From Gnetum montanum (taxonomy: Eukaryota; Plantae; Gnetophyta): 64,000 nt of DNA. Positions 1 through 13,500 of the stretch are shown piece by piece; the stretch's first letter is position 1; each line of letters begins with the position of its first letter. Below the pieces are notes generated by a model that saw only the letters and a list, made by a program, of their open reading frames with translations, did not search any database and was not told the DNA's origin. The position numbers were made by a program, and so were the translations under genes. The stretch spans positions 186,001-250,000 of the forward strand of contig MNCI01002119.1 in the NCBI GenBank assembly GCA_015680685.1, in the 5' to 3' direction.

Positions 1-176
1 TGGTTGCCCAAGATAGCTCTTGGTCTCACTTGTTAACTTAAGAGGGAGATTAGAACCACATCTTAAGTGTTGCCTACCTATGGTTGCATTGTTCTAATGC
101 ATCCCTGATCTTGATGGTTGGATTATGGATGGAAACATCCTCACACTTGAGGAGAATGCAATTTTGAAGTGGTGCA
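1..176 (+). repeat. ~219-bp tandem repeat (partial monomer), probable rDNA IGS subrepeat; insertion target of E1
   Basis: GATGGTTGGATT..GAGGAGAATGCAATTTTGAAGTGGTGCA matches monomers at 38421-39010 and 63346-64000; the monomer continues in register after E1 at 38426. Confidence 0.85.
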
Positions 177-1935
177 TGAAACACCACCAATTTCGAGCTT
201 TAGCACTTCAATGGCAAATTTTTCTAAGCGTTAAAACCTAGAAAATTTTTCTAAGTGTTGGTACTACACTCCCTAGCATAGCCAGCATAGCATGCATCAA
301 GACCTATTTTGCAAAATTTTCTAAATGTTGATAGTAGTTGCATGAAAATTTTTCTAAGTGTCCTGCTATACTCTCACTCTACCTACTATGCTCCAGAGTG
401 TAGCTAGTGTAGCACACACTTCCATGGCTAGTTTTCCCAAGTTCGAAGCCAGAAGTTATTAGGATTTCTTGGGATGGAAAAAATAGTTTGGAAAATTTTC
501 TATCTCCTAGGTTGCTATGCTTTACTATCCTCCCTAGCATAGCAAGCATAGCACAAGTTCTAGTACATAGTTTTGCCTATGTGTTGGGCAAGAAGCTATC
601 AAGCTAGCTCAGCATGGAAGAGAAATTTGGCAAATTTTCTAACTCCTGAGGCTACCTCTCCTACTATGTCCCAGAGCATAGCCAACGTATCATGAAGGAA
701 GATTGTAGATTCTATCAGATTTTTCTAAAGTATCCCTGCTATTATCTAGAGCATAGCTAGTATGACATTGAAGAAAAGCCTCTGACAGCCTCTAAAAGCC
801 TCTAGAACTCAACATCAGCCTTCATCTAAAATTTGACATTTCTATGGCAAGCAAGATTAAGAATTTGTATCTCTTTTTCACCTCCATTGGTCCCCAAAAT
901 TTTTCTTGCAGTTGATCCGACTTGAAAAAGGGGAAGACATAGTCCCACAGTGTAGCCTTGAAGTTGCATTGTTTTGCATTGTTTGTAGGTACTTTGTAGT
1001 CATTCAAAATTTGGCACATGCAGTCTTGGTAGTGTAGTCACAGTTTAGCCATCTCTAGGGACTTGTTGTAGTATTCTAGAGCATAGCACTTTGTTACTCC
1101 TATCAAAGCATAACAAAGGTCAGCATAGCCCCATCCACCCTCATGACACATGGCATTTGAATTGCATCTTATGCCATGTGGTGCATAATCTACATTTCAC
1201 ACTAACCCTAGCCCTATAATACCCCTGTGTTTAGCATTCTAGTGGTGGGAAAATCAAAAGAGCATTGGGAATTTTGACATTTTGACCATTTTTGACACTC
1301 TTGCACTTGAGCACTTTGAGCACACCTAGCACTTTGGTGCATTCCTAGACCCTGTTAGACAACTAGTGCACACTATCCAAAATGCAATTCACCACTATAC
1401 CCATGGAACACAGTAATAGCTAACCTAGTAGGTTTAATTCCCCATAGCAGCCATTAGTTCCACATCTTGGACATCCCAAAGACTATGACTACACTACTAC
1501 ACTACCACTATGCCTACCTATATACCTCATACCACGTTCACCTCTTTTCCTGTAATAGCTATGCTCCCCCATTTGGGGTAGTGCACTTTCATTCTCATGT
1601 TTTGTTACATTTTTCAAGCATTTCTCTTTGGTATTTAGCACAACACTTTCATTTTCTTGTTATTTCATATGTATTTGCACATTTACATTGCTACTCTTAG
1701 TCTGGGACACCCCACTACACTCTGGCTTAGCTGGCCTTGGTGCCTACATGTAACATTGTATAAGCCCCTCTCACACACGATTGTCTTAACACCTTGTAAT
1801 TCCTTTTCTAATTGACAAGACCATTTAGGGCACCCTATCTCCATTTTATAGCATATCTCTCACATGGACAAGGGGCTAGGCTATACACCTACTAACCTCT
1901 TAGTGTTCCAGCCATCAACATTTTTAGTCATCATA
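177..1935 (+). repeat. E1 5' LTR (~1.76 kb)
   Basis: Homologous to 17973-19339 plus 37966-38420; TATA-like CCTATAATACCC near 1213; ends GTTCCAGCCATCAACATTTTTAGTCATCATA. Confidence 0.93.
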
Positions 1936-1940
1936 GTTTT

Positions 1941-1958
1941 TTGTGCAAGAAGGAGGGC
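1941..1958 (+). promoter_or_regulatory. E1 primer binding site, tRNA-Asn(GTT) type (degenerate)
   Basis: TTGTGCAAGAAGGAGGGC resembles TGGCGCTAGAAGGAGGG, the complement of the plant tRNA-Asn 3' end; directly after the LTR. Confidence 0.75.
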
Positions 1959-2391
1959 CTCCCATTCCTTCTATGTTCAAGGGTAGTCCCATGTGCTTTT
2001 TGCACCTTCATTACTAGTTTCATGCTAGAATAGATGGAACACCCCTATGGACCTACCATAGAAGTAACTAGATCATAGGCTAGCATAGGTGTTGTCTATG
2101 ATTCGATTGGTGTAGATTGGTCCTAGTTGTCGGTTCCTTTGGAACCACGTAGGATGAAAGCCCAACTATACCCATTATGTTCAAAGATATAGGTGTTCTA
2201 GAGAGTGTAACAAGTTCATAGAGCATAGTGAGTGTAACACCAAAGTTAGTCATTTTTTAGCAATGTTTCCAAAGCTAGCTATTTTTTCATCCATTTTCAT
2301 AGTTTTTTCATAGTTAGCCATTTTTCCATTGTTTTTTGCACTTAACTATTTTTGGTTCAACACTATCATTTCTTAAATTTTTAATAGTAAC

Positions 2392-5300
2392 ATGAATCCT
2401 ATGAACACTTCAACCTCTACCTTGAGCATGGAGGTGGCTCATCCCATCTAGTAGGTGGTAGACATTGAGCCCCCACTTAGTCTTGTATAGCCACAATGCC
2501 AGTCACTTAGACTGTGCAACCAATTTCTCGAGCACATGGTGTTCAACAATGAAAAATACAACTTCCTCTATGTAAAGATTCAGGTGGGTCTATCCCTAAA
2601 CTACCAAGAATTAGATGCCAAGTGTAGCTTTGAAATCATACATCAGAATGGGAAGGAATTGATTCCTACACTTGATTTCTTCATTCCACTTATTGATAAC
2701 TTTCATTGGTTACTAGACCAACTCGTTAGAGTAAGTGGAACTAATGAAAATGGTGCAACATAAAATTATGATGAGCCCTTATAGGATAGGCAAGAAGAAT
2801 TTGAGGCTCATTCAAAGAGTGATGTCCCATTCTATGCCTCTATCTAATAGCTTGTTTCCAATTTTGTCCCACACCAGTCATAGTTGTCTGCCTTCTTTAA
2901 GGAAACGATGTCAGTCTCACCAACTAGGTCCATGCCTGTGGTAGTAAGCCACCAAGTACTACACACACAACAAGGTGTGGGACCCTCTACCACCTTCCCC
3001 TTTTTCATCTTCATCCAACCTTCATAACCTTCCCTACCAACATCTGTGATGTCAACATAGCCTTATGTGCATACGATGCCCTTGTCTTAGCCACAAATGA
3101 GTTAGATGTCCTTCATCCCAACCACCTCATTGGCACCTCCAACAATAGCACAAGTTACAACTACATGGTGGGTCCTAGCCTTCGTGTCCATGGCAGAATG
3201 GTTACACACCTAGCAATACACTTAGTAGCAAATACAACAAGCTTCTCATGTGATTACGTAACCCACAGTAGGGCAATGGCCTACTTAGATGGCACCACAA
3301 GTGGTGAAACCAGTGCAACCAATTACATCTTCCCTAAGTTTGGACTAGGTGTTCCAACTCATTCAAACATTAATGGAGGAGGTTAGGTGGCTTAAAGCAG
3401 CTAACTTAGAAATGGTCCACAAGATGGACTTCTACTAGGATGACCCCATTAGTCCTATGGTCCCATCACTAACCTTGCCTCCTAGTGTCCAACTTCCTTA
3501 GTTCACAAAATACAATGGTGAGGGGGACACCAATGCCCACCTTGTAACTTTTCATTCTGAATGCTTGGTTTTACAAGCATTGCCACACGTGATCATCCTT
3601 GTCTTTGCAATGTCCTTGAATGGCGAGGTTTTTAACTGGTACTATGCGCTCCCCAAGGCTTCCATATCAACTTTGGAAGAGTTTCTCAGCTAATTTATAA
3701 CTTGCTTCAAGTACAACTTGAAGCCTAAGGCCACCTTGAACCAACTCATGGACATCAGGTAGGGGCCTCTAAAGCTCATACAAAAGTTCATTCACTAGTG
3801 GAGCATCACACTCAATGAAATCTATGAACCAATAATACAAACCCATCTTTTGGCCATCTTTAAAGGTGCTATAAATGACTTTATTAAGTCAAAACTATAC
3901 TATCTAGCCTCATGTTCCTTGAGCCAAGCCTTTGCTCAAACAAGGAGCATGTAAGACACAATGAAGGCCAACAAGGATCTAGCCTATGTGGCCTATAAAA
4001 GTGTGCACACAAAAAAGGACAAGAAAAAGGGCAAGGCAATAGCAACTATTGTAGCTATGGCTGATGAGGCCAACCCAACAACACTAAACCAATGGCAAAG
4101 GCACCTAAAGCCCTAGATAATAACAACAAAGCATCTAGTTCTAGCACTATGGGAACCAACCAGCCTATACCACTAATGGTCATAGGGCAAGCTACCCCAA
4201 GGCCAAACTTTGAGCATAAGGATTTCTCAAAGTACACCCTATTACCTATCAAGCTATTTGAGCTTTTGGATTAGTTGCTTTGTATTGGGCACATCTAGCA
4301 CAAGAAAATGTCTAAGGATGCATGTAAGTGCCATGAGTGGTATTATGAGGTCCTCAAAAACCCCTTAGTAGCTATGCCAAATGAGCCCTTAGTTCCTAAA
4401 ATCTTCATGTTGTACTGATTTTGCAACTATCACCAATTGCATGGCCATGACATAGACTATTTCTTAGCCATAAAAGATGAAATCTAGCACATGATTGATT
4501 AGGGAAAATTGATCCTTGAAGATAGCAACCATGTGCACCTAGAAAACCAATAAATGAAGGTCTACAAATACCTCCTCAATGCTAGTGATGTATTTTACAT
4601 CATCAATGCTAGTAGTGTTGATGATGATGCAGAATCGGTGCATGAACCATTTGTGGTTCATGCATCCTTTGGTAACACTAGGGCATCAACATCAATTAGA
4701 CCATAGTCCCCTTTCATCATTATAGGACCAACTTGGGTGCCCATGACATCCTTTGTGGTTAGGGCCTACAGCATGTCATGGTAACAGCAACCTAGACACC
4801 CTTTGTCATTAGGGTGCCACAACGTGTGGACCCGCCACCTACCTAGGGTTCTGTGGTGGAAACTGCATCACACCTTGCCCACCCAAAGTTGCATTCCAAG
4901 AGACCCAATAAGCGTCTCACTAGAAAAATGATTAGGAAACATCTAGAGTTAGGTCCTCCTAAGGTCATCCCCTTGTCTGCCATCCCCATGGCCTCATCAT
5001 CTCAAAATGCTAATGCAAGTGCAAGAAACCAACGAATAAGCACTGAGGCTTAGAAGCCCATTGCACAAGCAAAAGCTAAATCTTCTTCCTAGAAGATTCA
5101 TCTCTTGGCCAAATGAAAGAAGTAACGGCTACCAAAATAAAAAATAGTGAAAAAGAATTCTTGGATGCACTAGCACAAGTTAAACAAGCTCTCAAACAAA
5201 AGAACATAACTCTTAGCTTATATGACCTGATAATGATTTCCTCCACTCACCAGGAAACATTAGTGTGTGTGTTGACCTCTATTCCTATTAAGGAGAACAT

Positions 5301-6070
5301 TCCAATAGATGAAAAAGCTATCCATGTTGTAATGCTTCCCCCCACAACCTAGGAGTCAAGGTCAACACCCTTGATGTTTCATGATGAGGCAGTCAAGGTT
5401 GACCCTGAAAAGGGCCAAGTGACCAATGCACTAATGTTTATAATGATTTGCGTAGGTCAATATAGAATCCACAGGGTGCACATTGATGATAAGCCAAAAA
5501 CCAATGTCATCCCATTCCCAGTCATTAACAAACATGGTCTAGTTAACCAAATCAAGCTAACTAAGACAATGTGCTTAAAATCATTCAATGGAGCACATGT
5601 TGTCCTAAATGGAATGGTCACTATAGCTTTTGTGGCAGGGGAGCAATTCCCCACTACTGCTAATTTAATTATTGTTGAAGAGATGCTCAGGTTCAACTTG
5701 ATCCTAGGGAGGTCCTAGCTAGCCTAGTTATGGATTTTCTCTTCATCAATCCATCAAGAGATCCACTTGCCCTATGAGGGTGGAGAGGTGGTAATATATG
5801 ATGACAATGTATCTTTCCTAACCATAAACAACTTTAATATAGAAAAAGAGTTAAAAATAGTATTTTCTAAAGACATGCCACCTATTTAGGATGAAGGTCA
5901 ACTTTGTCTGGTTGATCCATTTAGGTAGCCAAATGAAATGAGAAACCTTCCTAAGGAAGCTCTCTAGGAAAAATTGTCCTTGTGTGCAACTGATGAAGGT
6001 CTAGGTGAGTATCACCTTGTGCCTCCTCGACCTTACACATGTCTTAATCCACATTGGATTAGGAAATAGT
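2392..6070 (+). pseudogene. gag: E1 gag-protease (many stops/frameshifts)
   Basis: FTKYNGEGDTNAHL capsid motif near 3500; FCNYHQLHGHD zinc knuckle near 4420; protease IHRVHIDD..TNVIP..FNLILGRS (5371-5718). Confidence 0.88.
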
Positions 6071-6269
6071 TACATGACTAAGGTAGCCCCTTAGTTCATT
6101 CTCATTTCTCAATTGCCTTTTTTTTTTACTTGTACAATTACATTTGTGTAGTTACTTGCATCTTGCATTAGTTATTTCATTTCTTTAGTATATGTGATTT
6201 TTTTAGCCCTATCATTTTTCAAAAAATAAAAATAAAAATATATATAAAAATGAAAAAAAAGTGACCCAC

Positions 6270-6440
6270 TAAGGCCTAAAACTAGAAAATCACGTTCCTT
6301 TGCATGACAGCCTAAAATGGACTTAAACTAGCAATGGCTTGAAATGGCCTTAAACTATTGATGACTTGAAATGGCCTTAAACTAGTGATGGCCCTTCCAC
6401 CATGGCCCTAAAATAACATGGGACCCACAAGGGGCCTAAT
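6270..6440 (+). repeat. Short tandem array, ~27-bp unit (ATGGCYYGAAATGGCCTTAAACTAG)
   Basis: About 5 degenerate units; homologous arrays at 25181-25435 and 44415-44757. Confidence 0.75.
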
Positions 6441-6509
6441 TGCATCAAAATACACAAGATACAATTACATAAAATAGAATAAAATGATATATGAATCATC
6501 ATCACATTT

Positions 6510-9500
6510 CCATTAAATCATCATGGTTGTGCAAAGCTCCTACCCAACAAGCCCTCAAATGTGAGAGTAGGGGGATTGTCCATCTACATGCCATCAAAGA
6601 AATTTTCAAACTCATCCCCTTCAAATTGTAGCAACCCTTCTTCCTCTATTTTCCATATCACCTTTGTGGCTTCTCACTCCTCTTTCTCTAGTACTTGTCC
6701 CTCAGTTCGTGGAGGGACATCATCCACTATGGGCTCCAACACTACCATTGAGGTCCTCTTGTCTACATTTGATCATTCACATAAGTTAGGATTATAATTT
6801 TCAATGATTAGTATAACATAGCATAGTATATCATAGTAGTATCCAATGATTTATACTCACCTATGATTTCTAAATGTAAATTGAGAAACTTTAAATGGAA
6901 TTTTCTATCACTCTTCTCCACTTCACGTACAAGTTCCTCCATGGGGCATGAGTTCTTAATTTTTGTCCCAGATGATTTCACTACCTTAGCAATGAGTTGC
7001 ACCCCACTTGCCACATTTCCATTGTTAGTTAGTGGGGCCTCACCTACACTATCACGTGAGTGGTGAGATCGTCCCATTTGGCCTCTAGTCGTTATATAAA
7101 ATGACTCACCGATTGCCTCTAGGGGATCCTATGCCTGCATGGTAGCAAATAGGTGCCAGATTCATGGCCTGGAGAGTTTCTTATGATCTTTCACTATCCA
7201 TCATCTATCCTCCTGAACAACTAAGAACTCCACGAACCTTCATAGGCATGCTATGAAGAATGTGAAGTGCATATGCGACCTCACATGGAGGTTGTGGTGT
7301 AATCTAATAATTTTAGTGTGCAAGTTGCTAGCAAGGTAAGAGGCCCAGTTATATTATGTGCCCTCTTCTATCACATCCCTCATCATCCAAGTTTGTTCCA
7401 TCCCAAGAATTTTTCCTTAGGAGAGAAGCTTTGGAAATGCATTTGCATGAAAGACTAAATAGAGGTGGTGGACCACAGGTAGCCTCATTTCCTTAACTTG
7501 TATTCTTTTGTGGGAATTAGAAATGCCCAACCACTCCTCAACATCCCCTCTATGGTATAGGTATTTCTTATTTTTTTTAGTAATTGGTGGGCCCTTAGAG
7601 GGGAGGCTGAATAGGTTTGCAAAGAATTCATTTGTGATGTCAAAAGTCACCCACATACCATGGGCCCGCATGATGAAATGACCAGCACTCTCAATGAAGA
7701 AATCAATGATAGCAATCATCTCAGCCATTGGGATTCTTGGGCTAAGGGCCAAGAAAAGATCCATTAGACCAACTTGTTAAACCTTCCAGGTTATCTTCAC
7801 TAGGGACTCATAGCATAACCAATGTTGTAAACCCTCAACATCATCATATTTCATAATGAGGATAGCCTTAGTGTAGCCTATTTGAACCACCATAACCTCT
7901 CTTGATGTGACTATAGCTATAATAGCTGAAAGAAAAAGTTAACAACATGAGAAAAGAAAAATAACAAATGCATAAGAAAAATGATGTACTACTCATGCGG
8001 CATAAATGGTGTGCAAGATGGTGGTGGTGGGGTTGAAATCTCCTCGACACTCGGAACACTAGTCACCCACTTTTCATCCAACTAGCCATAGGCTTGACAC
8101 CTCTCATAGGCCTTAGGGAACCAATGAGGGTATTCCACTAAGTTGGATCCAATTTGTCCAATCATCACTATGTGGAAATTTTCAAAGGATGAGAATTCTT
8201 TCAAGGTAGTGAGGGTCAAGTTCAAGGCCCTCTTTTCATCATGGAGGCCAAGTGTGTCAATAGTAAGTCTGGTAATAGACATAAGTAGTTATCATCTTTG
8301 TATGAGTCATAATCGAACAAATAGTGAGAAAATTATAAGAGGACTCACCTTCTAGCACAATATAATATGCGAGGTGGGTTCTAAAAAAGAGTATATATGA
8401 ATTAAGCAATAAATAGAATGTTGTTCTTGTATTACCATTGGAATTCTAGCATCTGCTAGATCTTGGACAAAGGCCTAAGGCCCCTAGGGCCTTCGTCCAA
8501 ACTCCCTAGTCCATCATTGCTAGTAGGCTCATCGGATATAAATCTTAGGATGCCTTGATTTTCCCTAGGCAACAATGTTTCTGTAATGATGTCGATTGCT
8601 TCTACTGCCAAGTGTAATCACATCATCATACTAAAATGTTGGAGTAAGAATTCCAAGAACTCCCATGCTCCTAACATAAACGACACCACCTAGTGACCCA
8701 CAAGCATGTCTAGTTCAGGTACATTTTGCAAGGGCTTACTCATACAACATAAGATAGCTGCCAACTCCACCATGATGAGGATTGGTTTCAATAGTACCCT
8801 ATAGCCACAACAGTAACAAGTGGAGAGTGATAGCATTGGATATACACAAATAAATGCATCAAAATTACACTTAGCACATCAGCAAAACTCTTAGCTTCCC
8901 TAATGAACCCCATGAAAAAGGTATGTCAACATACCAATATGATGTGCCTAGTCCTCAACGGGGAACAACACTAATGTCTACATTTCACATTTACTTTTAG
9001 TATTTTTTCCAAATTTGAAAAATACTATAAGTAAAAAAATATTTAAAAAAAATTCTATCAATTACACTCCCCATAGAGCATAACCCTTAACAAAATTTCA
9101 AAATGTTTTCTAACTATTGGTTATGCTCCCCATAAAGCGAAGCCTTTTAAAAACTGAAAAAATTTCTAACTCTTAGTTATGCTCCTCATAGAGTATAACC
9201 TTTGAAAAATTGCAAAACAATTTCTAACTGTTGGTTACACTCCTTATAGAGCATAACCCTTCAAAAATTTCTAACTATTGGCTACTCTTCCTATAGTGTA
9301 ACACTTAAAAAATCAAATTTTTTCTAAATTTTTTGTCACACTTTTGGGAGTGTACCCTTCAAATGGAGAATTTCAAAAAAAATTCTAACTCATAAAAGCA
9401 TAAAATCAAAGCATAACACCCAAGTGAAAATCTAGGTATGATAGCCATGCCCCTTGCAGTTGCCCTGACCACTCCAGTATGCTTTGGCACCTGGTGTTGC

Positions 9501-10007
9501 TTAAGGATGAACATCATGATCTATGCTCACATATTCCAGCTGTCTTGGCTATGGCCAAAATAAAAAAATACATAAAAAAGCTAGTTTGGCCCTGTCCTAC
9601 ATCCCACATGGTAAATAGAAAACCCTCATCCTACACCACACATGGTATGTAGAAGACATTTGTCTTGTGCCACACGTAGTATGCAGAAATCCTTCATACA
9701 CAAAAAAATCAAAGAACTAAGAAACTCACAAAATCCATCACATTCACTCCCTCTTATTAGCCATGAAGACATGGTAGCCATGGTAGTGGTGGTAGTCTCT
9801 ACCCAAGGTAGACCACCTCTAAACCTTAAAACCCCATGTGAATAATGTGAAAAAGAAAAAAATCATAAGGCTAGAGTGTAGCACCTTACTTGGCTAACAA
9901 CATCTTCCTTCTCCCCTATATGTGTGCCCTAGGGAGGCACCTTAATGCACATTCTCCCTCATCGACATTGATGAGGCTGGGTGTTGGCATTCACTGCAGC
10001 ATGTCAT
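6510..10007 (-). pseudogene. E1 antisense multi-exon accessory gene (FCP1/NIF-like domain, plant-transposon domain, acidic exon)
   Basis: Predicted exons 10007-9890, 8798-8436, 8380-8349, 8268-~7993, ~7910-6861, ~6760-6544; GT..AG sites and translations match the E2 copy. Confidence 0.8.
9050..9400. repeat. ~55-bp tandem repeat in intron 1 of the E1 antisense gene
   Basis: About 6 units of TTTCTAACTATTGGTTATGCTCCCCATAGAGCATAACCCTT..AAAA. Confidence 0.75.
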
Positions 10008-10109
10008 GGTCAGTGGTTTTCTATGCTCTTGCTTTTCTCTTCCTTGTCACTATGCTCTAACTCCTTTTACTTTGGTCGCACTACGCTTGCTGACTACTCA
10101 TTTTAACTT

Positions 10110-10151
10110 TTGAAAATGATAGGTTGACCATGGTGAAAACTCCTATTTATA
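10110..10151 (-). promoter_or_regulatory. TATA box and initiator-like motif of the E1 antisense gene
   Basis: Minus-strand TATAAATA at 10151-10144, then TCATTTTCA about 25-30 nt downstream; same arrangement in E2 (30471-30431). Confidence 0.65.
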
Positions 10152-10588
10152 ATTTTTCTAGGTGAAGGACACATCACCCACTTGGGTATTATTCCATGTC
10201 CCATGCATAATGTGGAACAAGTGTAGCACTTAGAGTTAGAAAAACTTTCTAACTTTTCCAGCATTCCTAGACTTACAATTTTTATTGCATTTTTTGTACT
10301 TACCTAGTAAATGGCCAACCTAATCCCACATTTAAATCCTTCTTAGCCTTACCTATATTGATGCATCTTACACAATCCATGATCTTCTTCAACCTTAAAC
10401 TAGCAATTCTAGGGCCAACCAAGGCCCCAAAATTAATTCTCACACTTTCTTACTTGATCCCACAATCACACAATCAGGAAAATTTTTTATAGCATTTTCT
10501 TCATTATCTTATGAATTTTACTTCATTAAGACAAGTGCCATTTGACATTTTTCTAGTTATTTTGAAAAATTATTTGTAGGATTGCAAC

Positions 10589-13500
10589 ATGAATGCATAC
10601 GAGCATCTTCATTTACCCTTGGTTTTAACTTCCATGCAATGCATAAACCTTGAATTCCTAGACTTTGAGCCCATGGCTTATGACACACACATAGCATCCC
10701 TAGAGGCATCTCTAGATTGGCTAGACCATCTAGTCAAAGCTCTAGACCTAGAGGTAGGTGACATAACAAAGGATCCCTTCATCAAAGTCCCTATAGTAAT
10801 GCATAAAGGTGAGGTGAAGACACCAAAACTTAGTTTCTTGTTAGAGCCTCAACTAAAACAAAGCATCACTAAAGTCCTCAATGATAATATCAAGGTGTTT
10901 GCATGATCCTACAAAGACATGTTAGGCCTAGACCCTCACATAATACAACATAACATTATCCTTGATCCCCATGTAAAGCTAGTCAAACAAAAAGCTCTCA
11001 AGGTCAATCCTAAGGTGGCATTGGTGGTTTGTGATGAAATCACTAAGCTTTACAAGGCTAGTTTCATTTGAGCAGTTGACTACGCAAATGGGGTTTCAAA
11101 CATTGTAGTTGTCCCTATGAAAAATAGAAGTATATACATTTGCATAAACTTTTGGAACTTGAATAAGGCAACCATCAAAGATGATTTCCTATTGCCTAGT
11201 ATTGACCAACTCACCAATACTATGGCTAGTCATGCCTTGTTGTCCTTCATGGATGGGTTCTAGAGGTACAAACAAATTTGGATAAACCTAGAGCACTAGC
11301 TTAGCATAACTTCCATGATCCCTTAGGGTATGTTTTGTTATACAATGATGCGTTTTAGATTAAAGAATGTGGGAGCAACCTACCAATGCATAATGACATC
11401 TATGTTTAGTGATTATCTACTAGACTTGCTCAATGACTACATCGATGACATAGCAGTTAAGTCCAAGGTGACTCACAACCATGTAGATGACTTAGAATAT
11501 GTCCTCAAACATTGCCTTAGACATGAACTTAGGCTAAACCCCAAGAAGTGTGTCTTCAATGTCAAGATCGGTCACATGTTGGACTTTATAGTATCAGAAG
11601 TAGGTATTGTTGGCACATTTAGCCATTGTATGGAACAGAGACATGAGATGGTTGAGATTTTCTGAAATATTACAATACAAATATTTGAAATGGCAAGATG
11701 TGATTGGAAAAGGTATTGGTTTCTATCATTTTTTTTAAATAAAGAAGAAGAAGAGAAAGAGATGGAAATCACTATGGGGATTTTAATGAATTCTCCCATA
11801 AAACGATAAGCATAAACCTTAGCCATGTTCCAAAGGGGAGACGTTGATTTCTTTTGGGACACATCACACAAATTAAACAGAAAATCAGAATTTTTCACCA
11901 TGGTATGAGCGCAAGGTACCAAGGCATCGCACCTCTGGGAAGACTGCAATATTCACCAGCATTTTGCAGGTCACGATTGAGGGCAACGGTGCAACAGTGC
12001 AGACCATGATCAGAGGCAACGACAGAGAAGGCAGAAGAGACATCAGTGCAACGTTATTCACACAGAGAAAAGAAAAACGTGGCTGTGGCAGTCATCAAAA
12101 AACAGAGGAAAAGAAAGGGACAGACATCAGCATTTCATTTTTTGTTGGGCAGCAAAATATAAGCAATGTTGACCACCTCTGTGACAGGTGAACAGGGCCA
12201 CAAAAACCCCCTCATGCGTCGCCAAACCCTGCTGGATTCTGTGCTATTCTGAAACCCTCATCGTTCTAAAAAAAAAAGAAGAAGCTTTGCCATAGTGGGA
12301 GGAGCCCTAAGATTTACACATCATCACAAACCATGTGGTACAGACAGCACAATATTTTCAGGCAGTTGCAGGCCTGTGAATGCATTTCAAAAGGTGTTCT
12401 AGGCGGTAAAAGAAACAACAACAAATCGGCAACCAAAGAAGAAAAAGGGAAGGAAAGGAAGAACAAAGGAAGAACATTGGATCACACTTGGGATCAAAGA
12501 AGATTTGTAAAGAAGATTGTTTGCAAGATGGCTTGCTAGAATAAAGATTTTAGCCTCTTTGTCATGGTCCTATGAGTTATGCATTTCATTTTTTGTTTTG
12601 TTTAAATTGTTTAGCTAGTGGTTTAGATACTATCATCCTTGGCAAGTAATTTTGGGATTTTTAGATTGCTCTTACTGTTCTTGTTTCCCGATAGAAATTT
12701 CTATTAAAATTTTTCCATAGAAGCGCTTATGTTTAAAAGCCTTGAGAGAATTTTAGTAGTAAATTTTGTTATTGTGCAATGTGTGGGAACTGCTATTGGG
12801 ATTGTTATAAGAGAGCCTCTGTTTGTAGTCACACCGTTGAACAATTCAGTAGTCGAGAGGGTTCAGAGAATCTTTGGTATTTTGATGGGACCAGAATAGC
12901 TTCTTTTTATCTTTAAAGTGAATTCTCATGGTATTTCAATCAGAAATTGTCAAGTCTTTTAAAGGTTCTGTTTGAATGCAATCGTTGACATCTATTATCT
13001 AGTCAAAATGGAGTCTCGTACGTGGTAGTTTACGCAGCAATTTTTGGTAGCATAATAGGATTGTCTTGAAGATATTGCTTGTTTGAGCCTTGGAAGTTTG
13101 AACAATTCGTAGATATTGAATTTGGGATAGCTTTATTGCGAAGTGTTTACTCGTGTCATTTTACCTTGTTTAAATATTTGAGGTCTACACAAATCTGCTT
13201 TCTTTTCTTTTCTGCTTATTTCCATTGAATCTTGCTCTATTTCTAGTTTTCTTGTGGAACTATCTCTTTCTCTGGGGAAAATTAGGAGTAGATTGCGGAG
13301 TTGTGCTCAAATGTTTTTGCAAAATTTTATTTGTTACAAGTAGGTATTATAAGGACCGCGTAGACTAGGCAGTTGAACAAAATAGGAAATTTTCAAGAAC
13401 TCACAGTGCTTGGCAAAGTTGGCTGAATCTCTTTAAAGTAAGTCATTTGTAGTTCACACACAACACAATTGTTACATTTTACACAACCACACGCCGCAAT

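Noticed and set aside
11964-12539. ORFs within the solo LTR
   Set aside because: Short, low-complexity purine-rich frames with no recognisable domain
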